From assembly GCA_963766935.1 (NCBI GenBank), contig CAVYBY010000008.1:4683-68682 (forward strand): a stretch of DNA of 64,000 nucleotides, read 5' to 3'. How positions within the stretch are numbered: the first letter of the stretch is position 1; every line of letters starts with the position of its first letter. This document shows, piece by piece, positions 47,593 to 57,207 of this stretch. The notes beneath the pieces were generated by a model. That model did no database searches, was not told where the DNA came from, and saw nothing but the letters and a program-made list of their open reading frames with translations. The DNA comes from an uncultured Actinomycetes bacterium. Its GTDB lineage: Bacteria > Actinomycetota > UBA4738 > HRBIN12. A program made the position numbers and the translations under genes.

Positions 47593-49437
47593 ATGAGGCC
47601 AGGCTCGACCAGAACCTTGTGGAGAGCCGGCGGGGCGGCGCTCGTCGCGCTGGCCGTCGGCATGATCGGACCGCTGTCGATCGCGTCGGCCCAAGATGCC
47701 GGCTCGAGCCCGGCCGCCCCCGTCACCCTCACGCTGGGTCTTCACTCGGACATCACGAGCCTCAACCCGTTCAAGCTCTGCTGCGGCGCCGACTACGAGT
47801 ACTTGACGCTCGTCTACGACCTCGGCATCGGGTTCAACAACGACGACTTGACCCCGGCGCCGATGATCGTCACCAGCTGGACACCCGACGCGACCTCGAT
47901 GAACTGGACACTCAAGGTCCGCGACGATGCCACCTGGAACGACGGTCAGCCCGTAACGGCCGACGACGTGGCGTTCACGTATTCGTTCATCGCGGACAAC
48001 GCGATGCCGTACTACAAGGACTACCTGCCCTTCAGCCCGACCTTCGAGGCCACCGACGCCACAACCGTCATCTGGCACAGCACCGAGCCGACGTTCGCGC
48101 CCACCGTTCCCCCGTACATCCCGATCCTTCCCGAGCACATCTGGAAGCAGTTCAACACGGGAGACCCGAGGAACAACCCCGCCGACGCGAAGGCGAACCG
48201 CAAGGCAGCGAAGGAGTTCGCCAACGACAACCCCGTCGGCTCCGGACCGTTCACCGTCACGGATCGGTCCGAAGGGCAGTTCACCCACTTCCACGTCAGG
48301 CCGGACTACTGGATGGGCCAGCCGAAGTCGCTCACGGACGTGGTGTTCAAGATCTACGACAGCCAGGAGGCGCTGGCGCAGGCCCTGAGGACCGGCGAGG
48401 TCGACATCGTCGACGACCTGAGCCCGACCCTCTACAACTCGTTGGAGGGAAAGCCCAACATCGGGCTTCAGCCCGCGGACGCCGGATGCTGGGGGAACCT
48501 CGCGTTCAACTTCGGCGGCCAGGGACCCGACGACACTCACAGTCCGGCGGTCGAGGATGTGCGGGTGCGGCAGGCGGTGAGCTACGCGATCAACCGCGAG
48601 GCCATCGTCGACAAGGTCTACCAAGGGACGGCCGACGTCGGGTACAGCGTGCTCGTGCCCGGCAAGGATGCGGCCTGGTACACGGACATCCCTCCCGACC
48701 TCCAGTTCAACTACGACCCCGACAAGGCCAACCAGATGCTCGACGACGCCGGCTATCTCGATACCAACGGAGACGGCATCCGCGAGATGCCGAACGGCGG
48801 CGAAGCCCTCAAGTGGGACATCCTCACGATCTCGGACGTGAACGGTTCGGTCGAGACCGGTCAGCTGCTCAAGGGCTACCTCGCCGACATCGGGATCGGC
48901 GTGAAGCTCGTGACCGTCGACGAGAAGAAGGCCGGTGACCTCTGGTACTCCGGCGACTGGGACGCGTACGTCTGGGACTGGTGCCCCGACCCCGATCCCG
49001 ACTTCATGATGTCGGTGTTCACGACCGATCAGTGCCTCGGATGGAGCGACGGCTGCTACTCGAACCCGGCCTTCGACAAGATGTACACCGAGCAGCGGTC
49101 CGAGCTCGACCGGGCCAAGCGCAAGCAGATCATCGACAAGATGCAGCTGTTCCTGGCCAAGAACGTCCCGACGCTCGTGCTGAACTACTGGAGCGATCTC
49201 CAGGCATACCGGACCGATCGGTTCACGGGGTACGTGAAGTCGCCCAACATCGATCGAGGCGTGCTGATCATCGGATGGACCCTGGCCACCTACTTCGAAG
49301 TCACGCCGGTTGCCGGCGCGAAGCTGTCCCAACCGGGGTTGTCGGCCTGGGTCTGGATTGCCGGGCTTGCCGGGTTGCTGGTGATCGCGGCACTCTTCAT
49401 CCTCATGCGGCGGCGACGCGCGGAGGACGAAGCCTAG
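47593..49437 (+). CDS. ABC transporter substrate-binding protein, family 5 (DppA/OppA peptide/nickel type) with C-terminal TM anchor
   Basis: Signal peptide MRPGSTRTLWRAGGAALVALAVGMIGPLSIASA. SBP_bac_5 body. C-terminal WVWIAGLAGLLVIAALFILMRRRRAEDEA hydrophobic anchor. Confidence 0.85.
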   Translation: MRPGSTRTLWRAGGAALVALAVGMIGPLSIASAQDAGSSPAAPVTLTLGLHSDITSLNPFKLCCGADYEYLTLVYDLGIGFNNDDLTPAPMIVTSWTPDATSMNWTLKVRDDATWNDGQPVTADDVAFTYSFIADNAMPYYKDYLPFSPTFEATDATTVIWHSTEPTFAPTVPPYIPILPEHIWKQFNTGDPRNNPADAKANRKAAKEFANDNPVGSGPFTVTDRSEGQFTHFHVRPDYWMGQPKSLTDVVFKIYDSQEALAQALRTGEVDIVDDLSPTLYNSLEGKPNIGLQPADAGCWGNLAFNFGGQGPDDTHSPAVEDVRVRQAVSYAINREAIVDKVYQGTADVGYSVLVPGKDAAWYTDIPPDLQFNYDPDKANQMLDDAGYLDTNGDGIREMPNGGEALKWDILTISDVNGSVETGQLLKGYLADIGIGVKLVTVDEKKAGDLWYSGDWDAYVWDWCPDPDPDFMMSVFTTDQCLGWSDGCYSNPAFDKMYTEQRSELDRAKRKQIIDKMQLFLAKNVPTLVLNYWSDLQAYRTDRFTGYVKSPNIDRGVLIIGWTLATYFEVTPVAGAKLSQPGLSAWVWIAGLAGLLVIAALFILMRRRRAEDEA

Positions 49438-49473
49438 CGAGCGTCCGCCGGCGACGGCTGAGGGGGAGGGTTC

Positions 49474-50439
49474 GTGGGCACGCAGCGATACGTCCTGCGA
49501 AAGGTTCTGCAGGCGATCGTCACGCTGCTGTTCATCCTGGCCTTCAACTTCTACCTGTTCCGGATCATGCCGGGCGACCCGGTCCGCCTCCTGGCGAGGA
49601 GCCAGCACCTCACGCAGAAGGACATCGCGGACCAGATCTCCTCGCTCGGGCTCGACAAGCCACTGGTCCAGCAGCTGGGCATCTACCTGAAGGACACGCT
49701 CACGGGCAAGCTCGGCATCTCGCTGCGTTCCGGCGAGCCCGTGTCGAAGCTGATCCTGCATCGCATCTGGCCCACCACGCTGCTCGTCGGGCTCGCCACC
49801 TTGTTATCGACCGTGATCGGGGTCCTCATCGGGATCAAGGGCGGGTGGAAACGCGGAAGCGCCTTCGACACGTCGACGCTGTTCGGCTCCCTGGTCTTGT
49901 ACGCGATGCCCGAGGGCTGGCTGGGGATGATCCTGCTGATCACGTTTGGCGGGCTGCTCGGGTGGTTCCCGGCCGGGCAATACGCGCGTGAGGGCACCGT
50001 GGGGTTCTCGCACGTCATCGATGTGGCGAACCATCTCTTCCTGCCGTGCTTGACGCTGACGCTCGGCTATGTCGGCGAGTACGCGATCATCATGCGGTCG
50101 TCGCTGCTCGAGGTGATGACCGAGGACTTCGTGATGACGGCGCGGGCCAAGGGCGTCCCGGACCGCGTGGTACGGGGTCACCATGCCGTGCCGAACGCGT
50201 TCCTGCCGACGTTCACGCTGATCTTCTACAGCTTCGGCTTCGTGCTCGGCGGCTCGGTGATCATCGAGTGGGTCTACTCCTGGCCCGGGCTCGGGCTGCT
50301 CACGTACGACGCCATCGGCCAGGCCGACTATCCGATCATCCAGGGAACGTTCCTGCTCTTCAGCGGGGCCGTCATCTTCTTCAACCTGTTGGCGGACCTT
50401 CTGTACGGGTACCTGGATCCGAGAGTGCGGGACGCCTGA
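49474..50439 (+). CDS. ABC transporter permease (DppB/OppB type)
   Basis: 321 aa, 6 TM. EAA-loop region ARAKGVPDRVVRGHHAVPNAFLPT. Confidence 0.85.
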   Translation: MGTQRYVLRKVLQAIVTLLFILAFNFYLFRIMPGDPVRLLARSQHLTQKDIADQISSLGLDKPLVQQLGIYLKDTLTGKLGISLRSGEPVSKLILHRIWPTTLLVGLATLLSTVIGVLIGIKGGWKRGSAFDTSTLFGSLVLYAMPEGWLGMILLITFGGLLGWFPAGQYAREGTVGFSHVIDVANHLFLPCLTLTLGYVGEYAIIMRSSLLEVMTEDFVMTARAKGVPDRVVRGHHAVPNAFLPTFTLIFYSFGFVLGGSVIIEWVYSWPGLGLLTYDAIGQADYPIIQGTFLLFSGAVIFFNLLADLLYGYLDPRVRDA

Positions 50440-50440
50440 C

Positions 50441-51394
50441 ATGTCGATCGTGAACCCGCTGCCGGACGCCGGTACCGAGGTCCCCGTCGGGCCGCCGCCC
50501 ACGCCGAAGGGACCTCGCGCGATCGCCTGGCAGCGACGCCGGCGCACGCTGGCGGGCTACTGGCGAACCTACCGGCGGAACCGTCAGGGCATGGTGGGGA
50601 TCGCCGTCCTGATCATCTTCGTGCTGCTGGCGTTTCTCGCTCCGTTGCTCGTCGACCGGACCCAGCTGGACCCCGCCCGCGCCACGGCCCAGTCGTTCCT
50701 CGAACCCAGCTGGAAGTTCTGGCTCGGCACCGACAACTTCGGCCGTCCCGTGCTGTCGCTGATCATCTTCGGCGCCCGCATCTCGCTCCTCGTCGGCGTC
50801 ACCGCGACGATCGGAACCATGGTGATCGGCGCCCTGGTCGGGATCGCCGCCGGTTTCTACGGCGGGCGGATCGACACGGTGTTGAACGCGTTCACCAACT
50901 GGTTCCTGGTCATCCCGTGGATCGCCCTGGCCATCGTGCTGGCCTCGATCCTCGGCCCGACGGTCTTCAACGTGATCCTGGTCATCGCGATCACCTCCTG
51001 GGCGGGGACGGCGAGGCTGGTCCGCGCCCAGGCGCTGACGGTCAAGGAGCGGCCGTACGTGGAACGCGCTCGGGTGCTCGGCGCGGGCGACTGGCATCTC
51101 GTGACGCGGCACGTCCTGCCGAACGTCTTCCCCGTGCTGTTCGCGAACACGATCCTTACCGTCGCGCTCTCGATCTTGTCCGAAACGACGATCGCGCTCC
51201 TGGGTCTGGAGGACCCGAACACGGTGTCGTGGGGAACGATCATCCACGACGCGTTCACGAAGGGTGCCCTGAGCGCCGGCTACTGGTGGTGGCTGATCCC
51301 GCCCGGAATCGCCATCGTCCTGGTTACCCTCTCGTTCACGATGTGCGGGTACGCGCTGGACGAGATCATCAACCCGAAGCTCAGAGGCCGATGA
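50441..51394 (+). CDS. ABC transporter permease (DppC/OppC type)
   Basis: 317 aa, N-terminal TM, BPD_transp_1 core with ERARVLGAGDWHLVTRHVLPN. Confidence 0.85.
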   Translation: MSIVNPLPDAGTEVPVGPPPTPKGPRAIAWQRRRRTLAGYWRTYRRNRQGMVGIAVLIIFVLLAFLAPLLVDRTQLDPARATAQSFLEPSWKFWLGTDNFGRPVLSLIIFGARISLLVGVTATIGTMVIGALVGIAAGFYGGRIDTVLNAFTNWFLVIPWIALAIVLASILGPTVFNVILVIAITSWAGTARLVRAQALTVKERPYVERARVLGAGDWHLVTRHVLPNVFPVLFANTILTVALSILSETTIALLGLEDPNTVSWGTIIHDAFTKGALSAGYWWWLIPPGIAIVLVTLSFTMCGYALDEIINPKLRGR

Positions 51395-52377
51395 GCGTCC
51401 TTTCCTGTCGCGACCTGCGCATCACCTACTCGACGCAGGGCGGCGGCGTGCCCGCCGTCCGCGGCGTCGACCTCCAGATCGACAAGGGGGAGGTCCTGGG
51501 CCTGGCCGGTGAGTCCGGCTGCGGCAAGTCCACGATCGCCGGTGCGATCCTGCGCCTGCTGCCCGAGAAGACCGCCATCGAGGGAGAGATCCTGCTCGAA
51601 GGCCAGGATGTGCTGGCGCTCTCCCCCGGAAAGCTCCGCGCGATGCGATGGACGGGCGCGTCGATCGTCTTTCAGGGCGCGCTGCACGCCCTGAACCCGG
51701 TCCAGCGCATCGGCGAGCAGATCGGCGAAGCGATGGCCGTGCACAACATGGGCACCGGCAAGGCCGCGCGCACCCGGACCGGCGGCCTGCTCGAGCAGGT
51801 CGGGTTGCCCGGACGCCGGATCGACGACTACCCGCACGAGCTGTCGGGAGGGCAGAAGCAGCGCGTGATGATCGCGATGGCCCTCGCCTGCAATCCGTCG
51901 ATGATCATCGCCGACGAGCCCACGACCGCACTCGACGTGATGGTCCAGGCGCAGGTCCTTCGAGTGCTGAAGTCGCTCCAGCGGGACCTCGGCCTCGCGA
52001 TGCTCTTCATCACGCACGATCTCTCCGTCCTGGTCGAGGTCTCGGACCGGCTCGCGATCATGTACGCGGGCACCATCGTGGAGCAGGGAGCCGCGCAGGA
52101 GGTCTTCACCAGCCCCGTGCACCCCTACACGAAGGCGCTCGCGGCCGCATTCCCCCAGATCGGCGACGCGCGGTTCCGCGGCAAGCCCACCGGACTCGGC
52201 GGCGACCCGCCCGACCCGCAGCACATCCCGAGCGGCTGCCCGTTCCACCCGCGGTGTGCCGAGGCGATCGAGGTCTGCCCGACGCTCGTGCCCGAGATGT
52301 GGCCGGCCGGCGAAGGCCGCCGCGCCGCCTGCGTGCACGCATCGGGTGCGCCGGAGATCGCGACGGTGACGCCGTGA
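51391..52377 (+). CDS. ABC transporter ATP-binding protein (DppD/OppD type)
   Basis: ATGA-coupled. Walker A GESGCGKST, signature LSGGQKQR, Walker B MIIADEPTTALD, C-terminal oligopeptide-ABC extension with CPFHPRC. Confidence 0.85.
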   Translation: MSVLSCRDLRITYSTQGGGVPAVRGVDLQIDKGEVLGLAGESGCGKSTIAGAILRLLPEKTAIEGEILLEGQDVLALSPGKLRAMRWTGASIVFQGALHALNPVQRIGEQIGEAMAVHNMGTGKAARTRTGGLLEQVGLPGRRIDDYPHELSGGQKQRVMIAMALACNPSMIIADEPTTALDVMVQAQVLRVLKSLQRDLGLAMLFITHDLSVLVEVSDRLAIMYAGTIVEQGAAQEVFTSPVHPYTKALAAAFPQIGDARFRGKPTGLGGDPPDPQHIPSGCPFHPRCAEAIEVCPTLVPEMWPAGEGRRAACVHASGAPEIATVTP

Positions 52378-53432
52378 GCGACCGCGCGACCGCCCCGACG
52401 ACGCCGTTGAACCTCGGACCGCCCGTGATCGAGGTCCGGGACCTCGAGGTCAACTTCGCGGGCCGGATCGGGCTCGTCGCCGGGCTCCTCGGTCAAAAGG
52501 CGCTCGAAGCCCGTGCGGTCGCGGGGGTGTACCTGACCCTGCACGAGGGCGAGGTGCTCGCACTTGCCGGCGAGTCGGGATGCGGCAAGACGACGACGGC
52601 GCGCGCGATCATGGGGCTGCTCAAACCGAACCGGGGTGAGATCGCGTACCGCGGCACGCCGCTCGGACGCAAGCTCAAGGCGTACCGCCGCGAGGTCCAG
52701 ATGATCTTTCAGGACCCGACGGCCTCGCTCAACCCGCGGCAGACGGTCTACGAGATCATCGCGGAGGGTCTGCGCATCCACGGGATCCATGCGGGACCGA
52801 ACGGCGACACGGAGGAGCAGCTCGTCGCGCGCGCGCTCTCACACGCGGGGCTCCGGCCACCGGAGCGCTTCTACCTCCTGTATCCGCACGAGCTGTCCGG
52901 AGGACAGCGTCAGCGCGTCGTGATCGCGGGCGCGCTGGTGCTCGATCCAAAGGTGATCATCGCCGACGAGCCCGTCTCGAACCTCGACGCGTCGGTTCGC
53001 GGCGAGATCCTGCAGCTCCTCATGAAGCTTCGCGACGATCTGGGGCTCTCGATCCTGATCGTCACGCACGACCTCGGCCTGGCATGGACGGTCGCCGACC
53101 GAGTCGCCGTCATGTATCTGGGCAGGATCGTCGAGGTGGGGCCCGCCGAGGAAGTGCTTCAGCGCCCCCGGCACCCGTACACGAAAGCGCTTCTCGACGT
53201 CGTTCCCGAGGCCGGGGGGATGGACCGGCCGATCCTGACCGGGGAGGCGCCGGACCCGACGCGCGTCCCGCCGGGCTGCCGGTTCCATCCGAGATGCCCG
53301 GTGGTGGCCTCGGGCCGGGCGGCGTCGCTGGGAATCGAGGAACGCTGCACGGGCGAGGACCTGGCGCTCTCCGAACCCGCACCGGCGCACTTCGCCGCCT
53401 GCTACCTGGTGGAGCTGGACCAGCGTCCCTAG
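52374..53432 (+). CDS. ABC transporter ATP-binding protein (DppF/OppF type)
   Basis: GTG start overlapping the previous stop. Walker A GESGCGKTT, LSGGQRQR, IIADEPVSNLD, CRFHPRC. Confidence 0.85.
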   Translation: MSDRATAPTTPLNLGPPVIEVRDLEVNFAGRIGLVAGLLGQKALEARAVAGVYLTLHEGEVLALAGESGCGKTTTARAIMGLLKPNRGEIAYRGTPLGRKLKAYRREVQMIFQDPTASLNPRQTVYEIIAEGLRIHGIHAGPNGDTEEQLVARALSHAGLRPPERFYLLYPHELSGGQRQRVVIAGALVLDPKVIIADEPVSNLDASVRGEILQLLMKLRDDLGLSILIVTHDLGLAWTVADRVAVMYLGRIVEVGPAEEVLQRPRHPYTKALLDVVPEAGGMDRPILTGEAPDPTRVPPGCRFHPRCPVVASGRAASLGIEERCTGEDLALSEPAPAHFAACYLVELDQRP

Positions 53433-54088
53433 GCGGGGGGCGCGCTCTCTTCCGCCGGCTCCTCTTCGGCTTCGTCGCCGCGAAGCACGCCGAGGATGGC
53501 GGCCATCTCCGAGTCCGACACGTGGGCGTCGGCGCCGGGGCCCTGCTTCCCACGGGCGGACGCGAGCAGCGTGCGCAGGTTCGACTCCGCCATCTCCGCG
53601 CGGCCTTCCAGCTCATGGACCCGGTCCGAGAGCCCGCGCGCCCGCCGCTCGGCTTCGTCGCGAGCCTCGCGCAGATCACGGTTCTCCTCACGCGTCGTGC
53701 GCAGGCTGGCGCGGAGCGTGGCGACCTCGCGTCCGAGATCCACGAGCCGGTCGACCGTGGCACGGCCGAAATCCGAGTAGGTCGAAGACCCGGACGGCGA
53801 ACGGGCGGTGCCGCGCGCGGACCGGGACCGTCTGGTCCGGCGCCCCACGACCTCGCGTTCCCCGGCGGCGACCGGCGTGCCGTCGATGAGCCGGTAGGTT
53901 CCCTGCGCCGATTCGAGCCGCTTGCGGGCGATCAGCGCCCGGACCGCCCTGGCCGTCGAGAGCGCGTCGGGGAAGCCCAGGTCGCGCCCGAGCTCGGCGG
54001 GTGTCTCCGACAGCAACTCGCCCGGCTGGACCCGATCGGCCACGGCGGCAAGGAACGCGTTCACGCGCTCCAGGCTCTGGTCGTTCAT
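53429..54088 (-). CDS. hypothetical protein with N-terminal helix-turn-helix-like region and C-terminal coiled coil
   Basis: From MNDQSLERVNAF...: DGTPVAAGERE-rich linker, then heptad-like REENRDLREARDEAERRARGLSDRVHELEGRAEMAESNLRTLL, acidic tail. The 450 aa upstream in the track ORF are antisense of the CoA-transferase gene. Confidence 0.45.
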   Translation of the reverse strand: MNDQSLERVNAFLAAVADRVQPGELLSETPAELGRDLGFPDALSTARAVRALIARKRLESAQGTYRLIDGTPVAAGEREVVGRRTRRSRSARGTARSPSGSSTYSDFGRATVDRLVDLGREVATLRASLRTTREENRDLREARDEAERRARGLSDRVHELEGRAEMAESNLRTLLASARGKQGPGADAHVSDSEMAAILGVLRGDEAEEEPAEESAPPA

Positions 54089-54166
54089 GCAGCCATCATG
54101 CCCTGTCGGGAGGTACCCCGCCAAGCCCCCCGGGGCCGGCGAGACGCCCGAGGGTAGGCTCGGTCC

Positions 54167-55300
54167 ATGACGGAAGCGGGGCCGGCGCCGCTCGCCGGCG
54201 TGCGGGTCCTCGACCTCTCCCGTGTGCTCGCCGGACCTTTGTGCACGATGACCCTTGGCGACCTCGGCGCCGACGTGATCAAGATCGAGCGTCCGGGAGA
54301 CGGCGACGACACCCGCCATTGGGGGCCACCCTTCGCCGGCGAGGACGCCGCCTATTTCCTTGCGCTCAACCGCAACAAGCGCTCGGTGGAGCTCGACCTC
54401 AAGACCACGGATGGTGCGGCCGCGATCCGCCGGCTGGCCGCCGGCTCGGACGTCCTGGTCGAGAACTTCCGGCCCGGGCTGCTGACGGAGCTCGGGCTGG
54501 ATCTCGCCGGGCTGCGGGCGGAGCATCCGTCGCTGATCACCTGTTCGCTGACGGCGTTCGGCGAGGAGGCGGGGGCGGCCCCGGGCTACGACATCATCGT
54601 GCAGGCTCTTTCGGGTCTGATGAGCGTGACCGGGGAGCCGGGCGGAGCCCCGACGAAAGCCGGCGTCGCGTTGCTCGACGTGATCGCCGGCACGTACGCG
54701 GCGATCGGCATCCTTGCGGCGCTGCACGAGCGCGAGCGAACGGGGCGCGGCAGCCACGTCGGGGTGTCGCTGTTCGACGCGAGCGTCGCCGCCATGGTGA
54801 ACCAGGCCGCCAATTACCTCATCGGCGGTCTCGTCCCCGGCAGGATGGGGACGCAGCATCCGAACATCGTGCCGTACCAGGCGTTTGCTGCGGCCGACCG
54901 TCCGTTCATCCTGGCCGCGGGCAACGACCGGTTGTTCCGCCGGACATGTGAGGTGCTCGGGCACTCCGCGTGGGCGGACGACCCCCGCTTCGCGACGAAC
55001 GATGTCCGCATCGAACACCGCGACGAGCTCGTCGAGATGATCTCGGCCGTCGTCGCCACGCGGCCGGCAGCCGAGTGGCTCCGCGAGTTGGAACGCGCCG
55101 CCGTCCCCTGCGCGGCGATCCGCGACATGGCCGAGGTGTTCGGCTCCACCGAGGGTCTCGCGTCGCTGCAGGACGTGAACGACCCCTCGCACGGACGGCT
55201 CCGGCTCGTCGGGAATCCGATCCGGATCGACGGGAAGCCGCTTCCGGTCAGGCTGCCGCCGCCGTCGCTCGGGGCGGACACGCAGGAGATCCTGGAATGA
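54167..55300 (+). CDS. CaiB/BaiF family (class III) CoA-transferase
   Basis: LAGVRVLDLSRVLAGPLCTMTLGDLGADVIKIERPG...D.TR.WGPP...ENFRPG... and catalytic Asp region. Intact 377 aa. Confidence 0.85.
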   Translation: MTEAGPAPLAGVRVLDLSRVLAGPLCTMTLGDLGADVIKIERPGDGDDTRHWGPPFAGEDAAYFLALNRNKRSVELDLKTTDGAAAIRRLAAGSDVLVENFRPGLLTELGLDLAGLRAEHPSLITCSLTAFGEEAGAAPGYDIIVQALSGLMSVTGEPGGAPTKAGVALLDVIAGTYAAIGILAALHERERTGRGSHVGVSLFDASVAAMVNQAANYLIGGLVPGRMGTQHPNIVPYQAFAAADRPFILAAGNDRLFRRTCEVLGHSAWADDPRFATNDVRIEHRDELVEMISAVVATRPAAEWLRELERAAVPCAAIRDMAEVFGSTEGLASLQDVNDPSHGRLRLVGNPIRIDGKPLPVRLPPPSLGADTQEILE

Positions 55301-56118
55301 CCGGCGTCGAGCGCTGGGGCGTTGCCCTCGAAGAGATGGCCATCCCCGAGGCGATCCTTCAGGCCGCGCCCGAGTCTCCGTATGCCTTCCCCACCGAGCT
55401 CTTCCGGCGCCGAGCCGAGCGATCGCTGGCGATCCCGGCGACGCCGAGCACATCGGCGGCGCTCGAGGTCCTGCCCGAAGGCGGAGAGGTGTTGGATGTC
55501 GGTTGTGCCGGCGGCGCCACCTCGCTTCCGCTCGCCGCGCGGGCCGGATCGATCACCGGCGTCGACGGCTCCGCGTCGATGCTCGAGACGTTCGTCCGAC
55601 AGATCCGCGCCGCGGGCGCCGAGGCGGCGGCGATCGAAGGCACATGGCCGGCCGTGGCGCCGTCGGTGCCTCCCGCCGACGTCGTCGTGTGCGGTCACGT
55701 CCTGTACAACGTCGCGGCGATCGAGCCGTTCGTCCGCGCGCTGACCAGGCACGCGCGGCGGCGCGTCGTGGTCGAGTTGACCGAACACCACCCGCTCGCC
55801 TGGATGAGCGACCTGTGGGAGACCTTCCACGGCTGGCGGCGGCCCGCCGGCCCGAGCGCCGACGACGCACGGGCGGCGCTCATCGAGCTCGGGTTGGATC
55901 CGGACCGCGCGGAGCGACCCGGAAACGATCCGGGCGGCTTCGAGCGCCGGGCCGACGCCGTGGCGATGGTGCGGCGGCGGCTCTGTCTCGGCGCGGAGCG
56001 GGACGACGAGCTGGCCGGCATGCTCGAACCGTGGCTGCGGAAGGTCGACGGGCTCTGGGACGTGGGCCCGCCCGACCGGCGCGTGATCAGCTTCTGGTGG
56101 CAGGGCTCGCGAACGTGA
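55297..56118 (+). CDS. class I SAM-dependent methyltransferase
   Basis: ATGA-coupled to the CoA-transferase. VLDVGCAGGATSLPLA (motif I) and VVVCGHVLYNV. Confidence 0.65.
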   Translation: MTGVERWGVALEEMAIPEAILQAAPESPYAFPTELFRRRAERSLAIPATPSTSAALEVLPEGGEVLDVGCAGGATSLPLAARAGSITGVDGSASMLETFVRQIRAAGAEAAAIEGTWPAVAPSVPPADVVVCGHVLYNVAAIEPFVRALTRHARRRVVVELTEHHPLAWMSDLWETFHGWRRPAGPSADDARAALIELGLDPDRAERPGNDPGGFERRADAVAMVRRRLCLGAERDDELAGMLEPWLRKVDGLWDVGPPDRRVISFWWQGSRT

Positions 56119-56755
56119 ATCTCAGATGCGCGACGAACCGCCCGTCGCCTTCGGCGTCCGGGCCCTGGATCGTCGTGCGAAGCTCGGCATTGCCGGCCGA
56201 GACCGGGAGGTGGAAGGTCCGGCCTCCCAGGACGAGCGGCACGAAGCCGGCGAAGTCGGCCGCGCCGATCGGCGTCTCGATCGTCGCGTGGCCGAGGCGC
56301 AGCCGCATCTCGTCCTGACCCACGTGGCCCTCGACCCGGAACGCGATGCGCCGTGCCTCCACCTGCGCCACGTCGAAGCTGCACCGCAGGCCGCCGTGGA
56401 GCTGCGCGCGGCCGGTTCCCGTGACGATGCCGTCCGCGGCGACGTCGAGCTCCATCGATGCCCGCCACGACGTCGAGCAGGTCCTGTTCGCGAGCAGCTC
56501 ATGCGTGGTGTTCGCGGTGAACGTGCCGCTCCAGTGGACCGCGGTGACCGTGGGCGAGGGCGGCGGCGGCGGCGTCGAGCGCGCACCCGGGTCCTCGACG
56601 CCGGGCGGGAACGGATTCGTGTGGGCGGCGATGAAGGCGCCGATGCCCGCGCAGCCGAGCGCGACGACGGTCCACACGGCGATCTTCAGGATGCGGCGCA
56701 CGGCTCCGAGCCTACCGGCCCCGGCTTCGCGGGCCGAGGCCGATAGGCTCGGCAA
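56087..56755 (-). CDS. hypothetical membrane-anchored secreted protein
   Basis: N-terminal TM anchor ILKIAVWTVVALGCAGIGAFIAA, Pro-rich linker, Cys-containing domain. No recognisable family. Start uncertain. Confidence 0.4.
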   Translation of the reverse strand: MPSLSASAREAGAGRLGAVRRILKIAVWTVVALGCAGIGAFIAAHTNPFPPGVEDPGARSTPPPPPSPTVTAVHWSGTFTANTTHELLANRTCSTSWRASMELDVAADGIVTGTGRAQLHGGLRCSFDVAQVEARRIAFRVEGHVGQDEMRLRLGHATIETPIGAADFAGFVPLVLGGRTFHLPVSAGNAELRTTIQGPDAEGDGRFVAHLRFTFASPATRS

Positions 56756-56791
56756 CCGCGCCGGGGCCGATAGGCCGGGCTTCGCGGGCCG

Positions 56792-57183
56792 CTATCCGAT
56801 CCCGAGACCCGTGACGAGAGCCCGAAGCGTCAGCCCGAAACAGATGAACGCGGCGAACCCGAACACCACCCACGGGCGGGTCGGCGCACGATCGGCGCTC
56901 CCCCGGCCGAGCTCGCGCGCCACGTTGTGCGCCAGGACCAGGATGAAGATCGGACCCGCCCCGTAGACGTAGTGGAGCCAGGTCGTCGGGCGGTACCCGG
57001 CGATCAGCAGGATCACACCGATCACGACCTGGAGCCCCGCCACCACCTGGGCCACGGTGAGCCACACCCAGTACGCGGCCCCCGGATCCTTTCGCAGGAT
57101 CCACGCGCCGCCCGGCCAGAGCCAGCCGATCGCGAACAACCCCACGATCCCGAATCCGATGACTTCGTGCACGCCCGACATGC
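56792..57183 (-). CDS. small hypothetical integral membrane protein (~130 aa, 4 TM)
   Basis: From MSGVHEVIGFGIVGLFAIGWLWPG...: four hydrophobic helices. Last gene of the MenG-like operon. Confidence 0.4.
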
Positions 57184-57207
57184 GGCGGGAGTCTACGGCG
57201 CGACCGC

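Noticed and set aside
47161-49761. 866-aa minus-strand ORF
   Set aside because: Antisense to the ABC substrate-binding protein and first permease. Composition-driven open frame.
54089-55453. N-terminal 450 aa of the 674-aa minus ORF
   Set aside because: Antisense of the CaiB-family CoA-transferase. Only the last 219 aa (53429..54088) look like a genuine protein.
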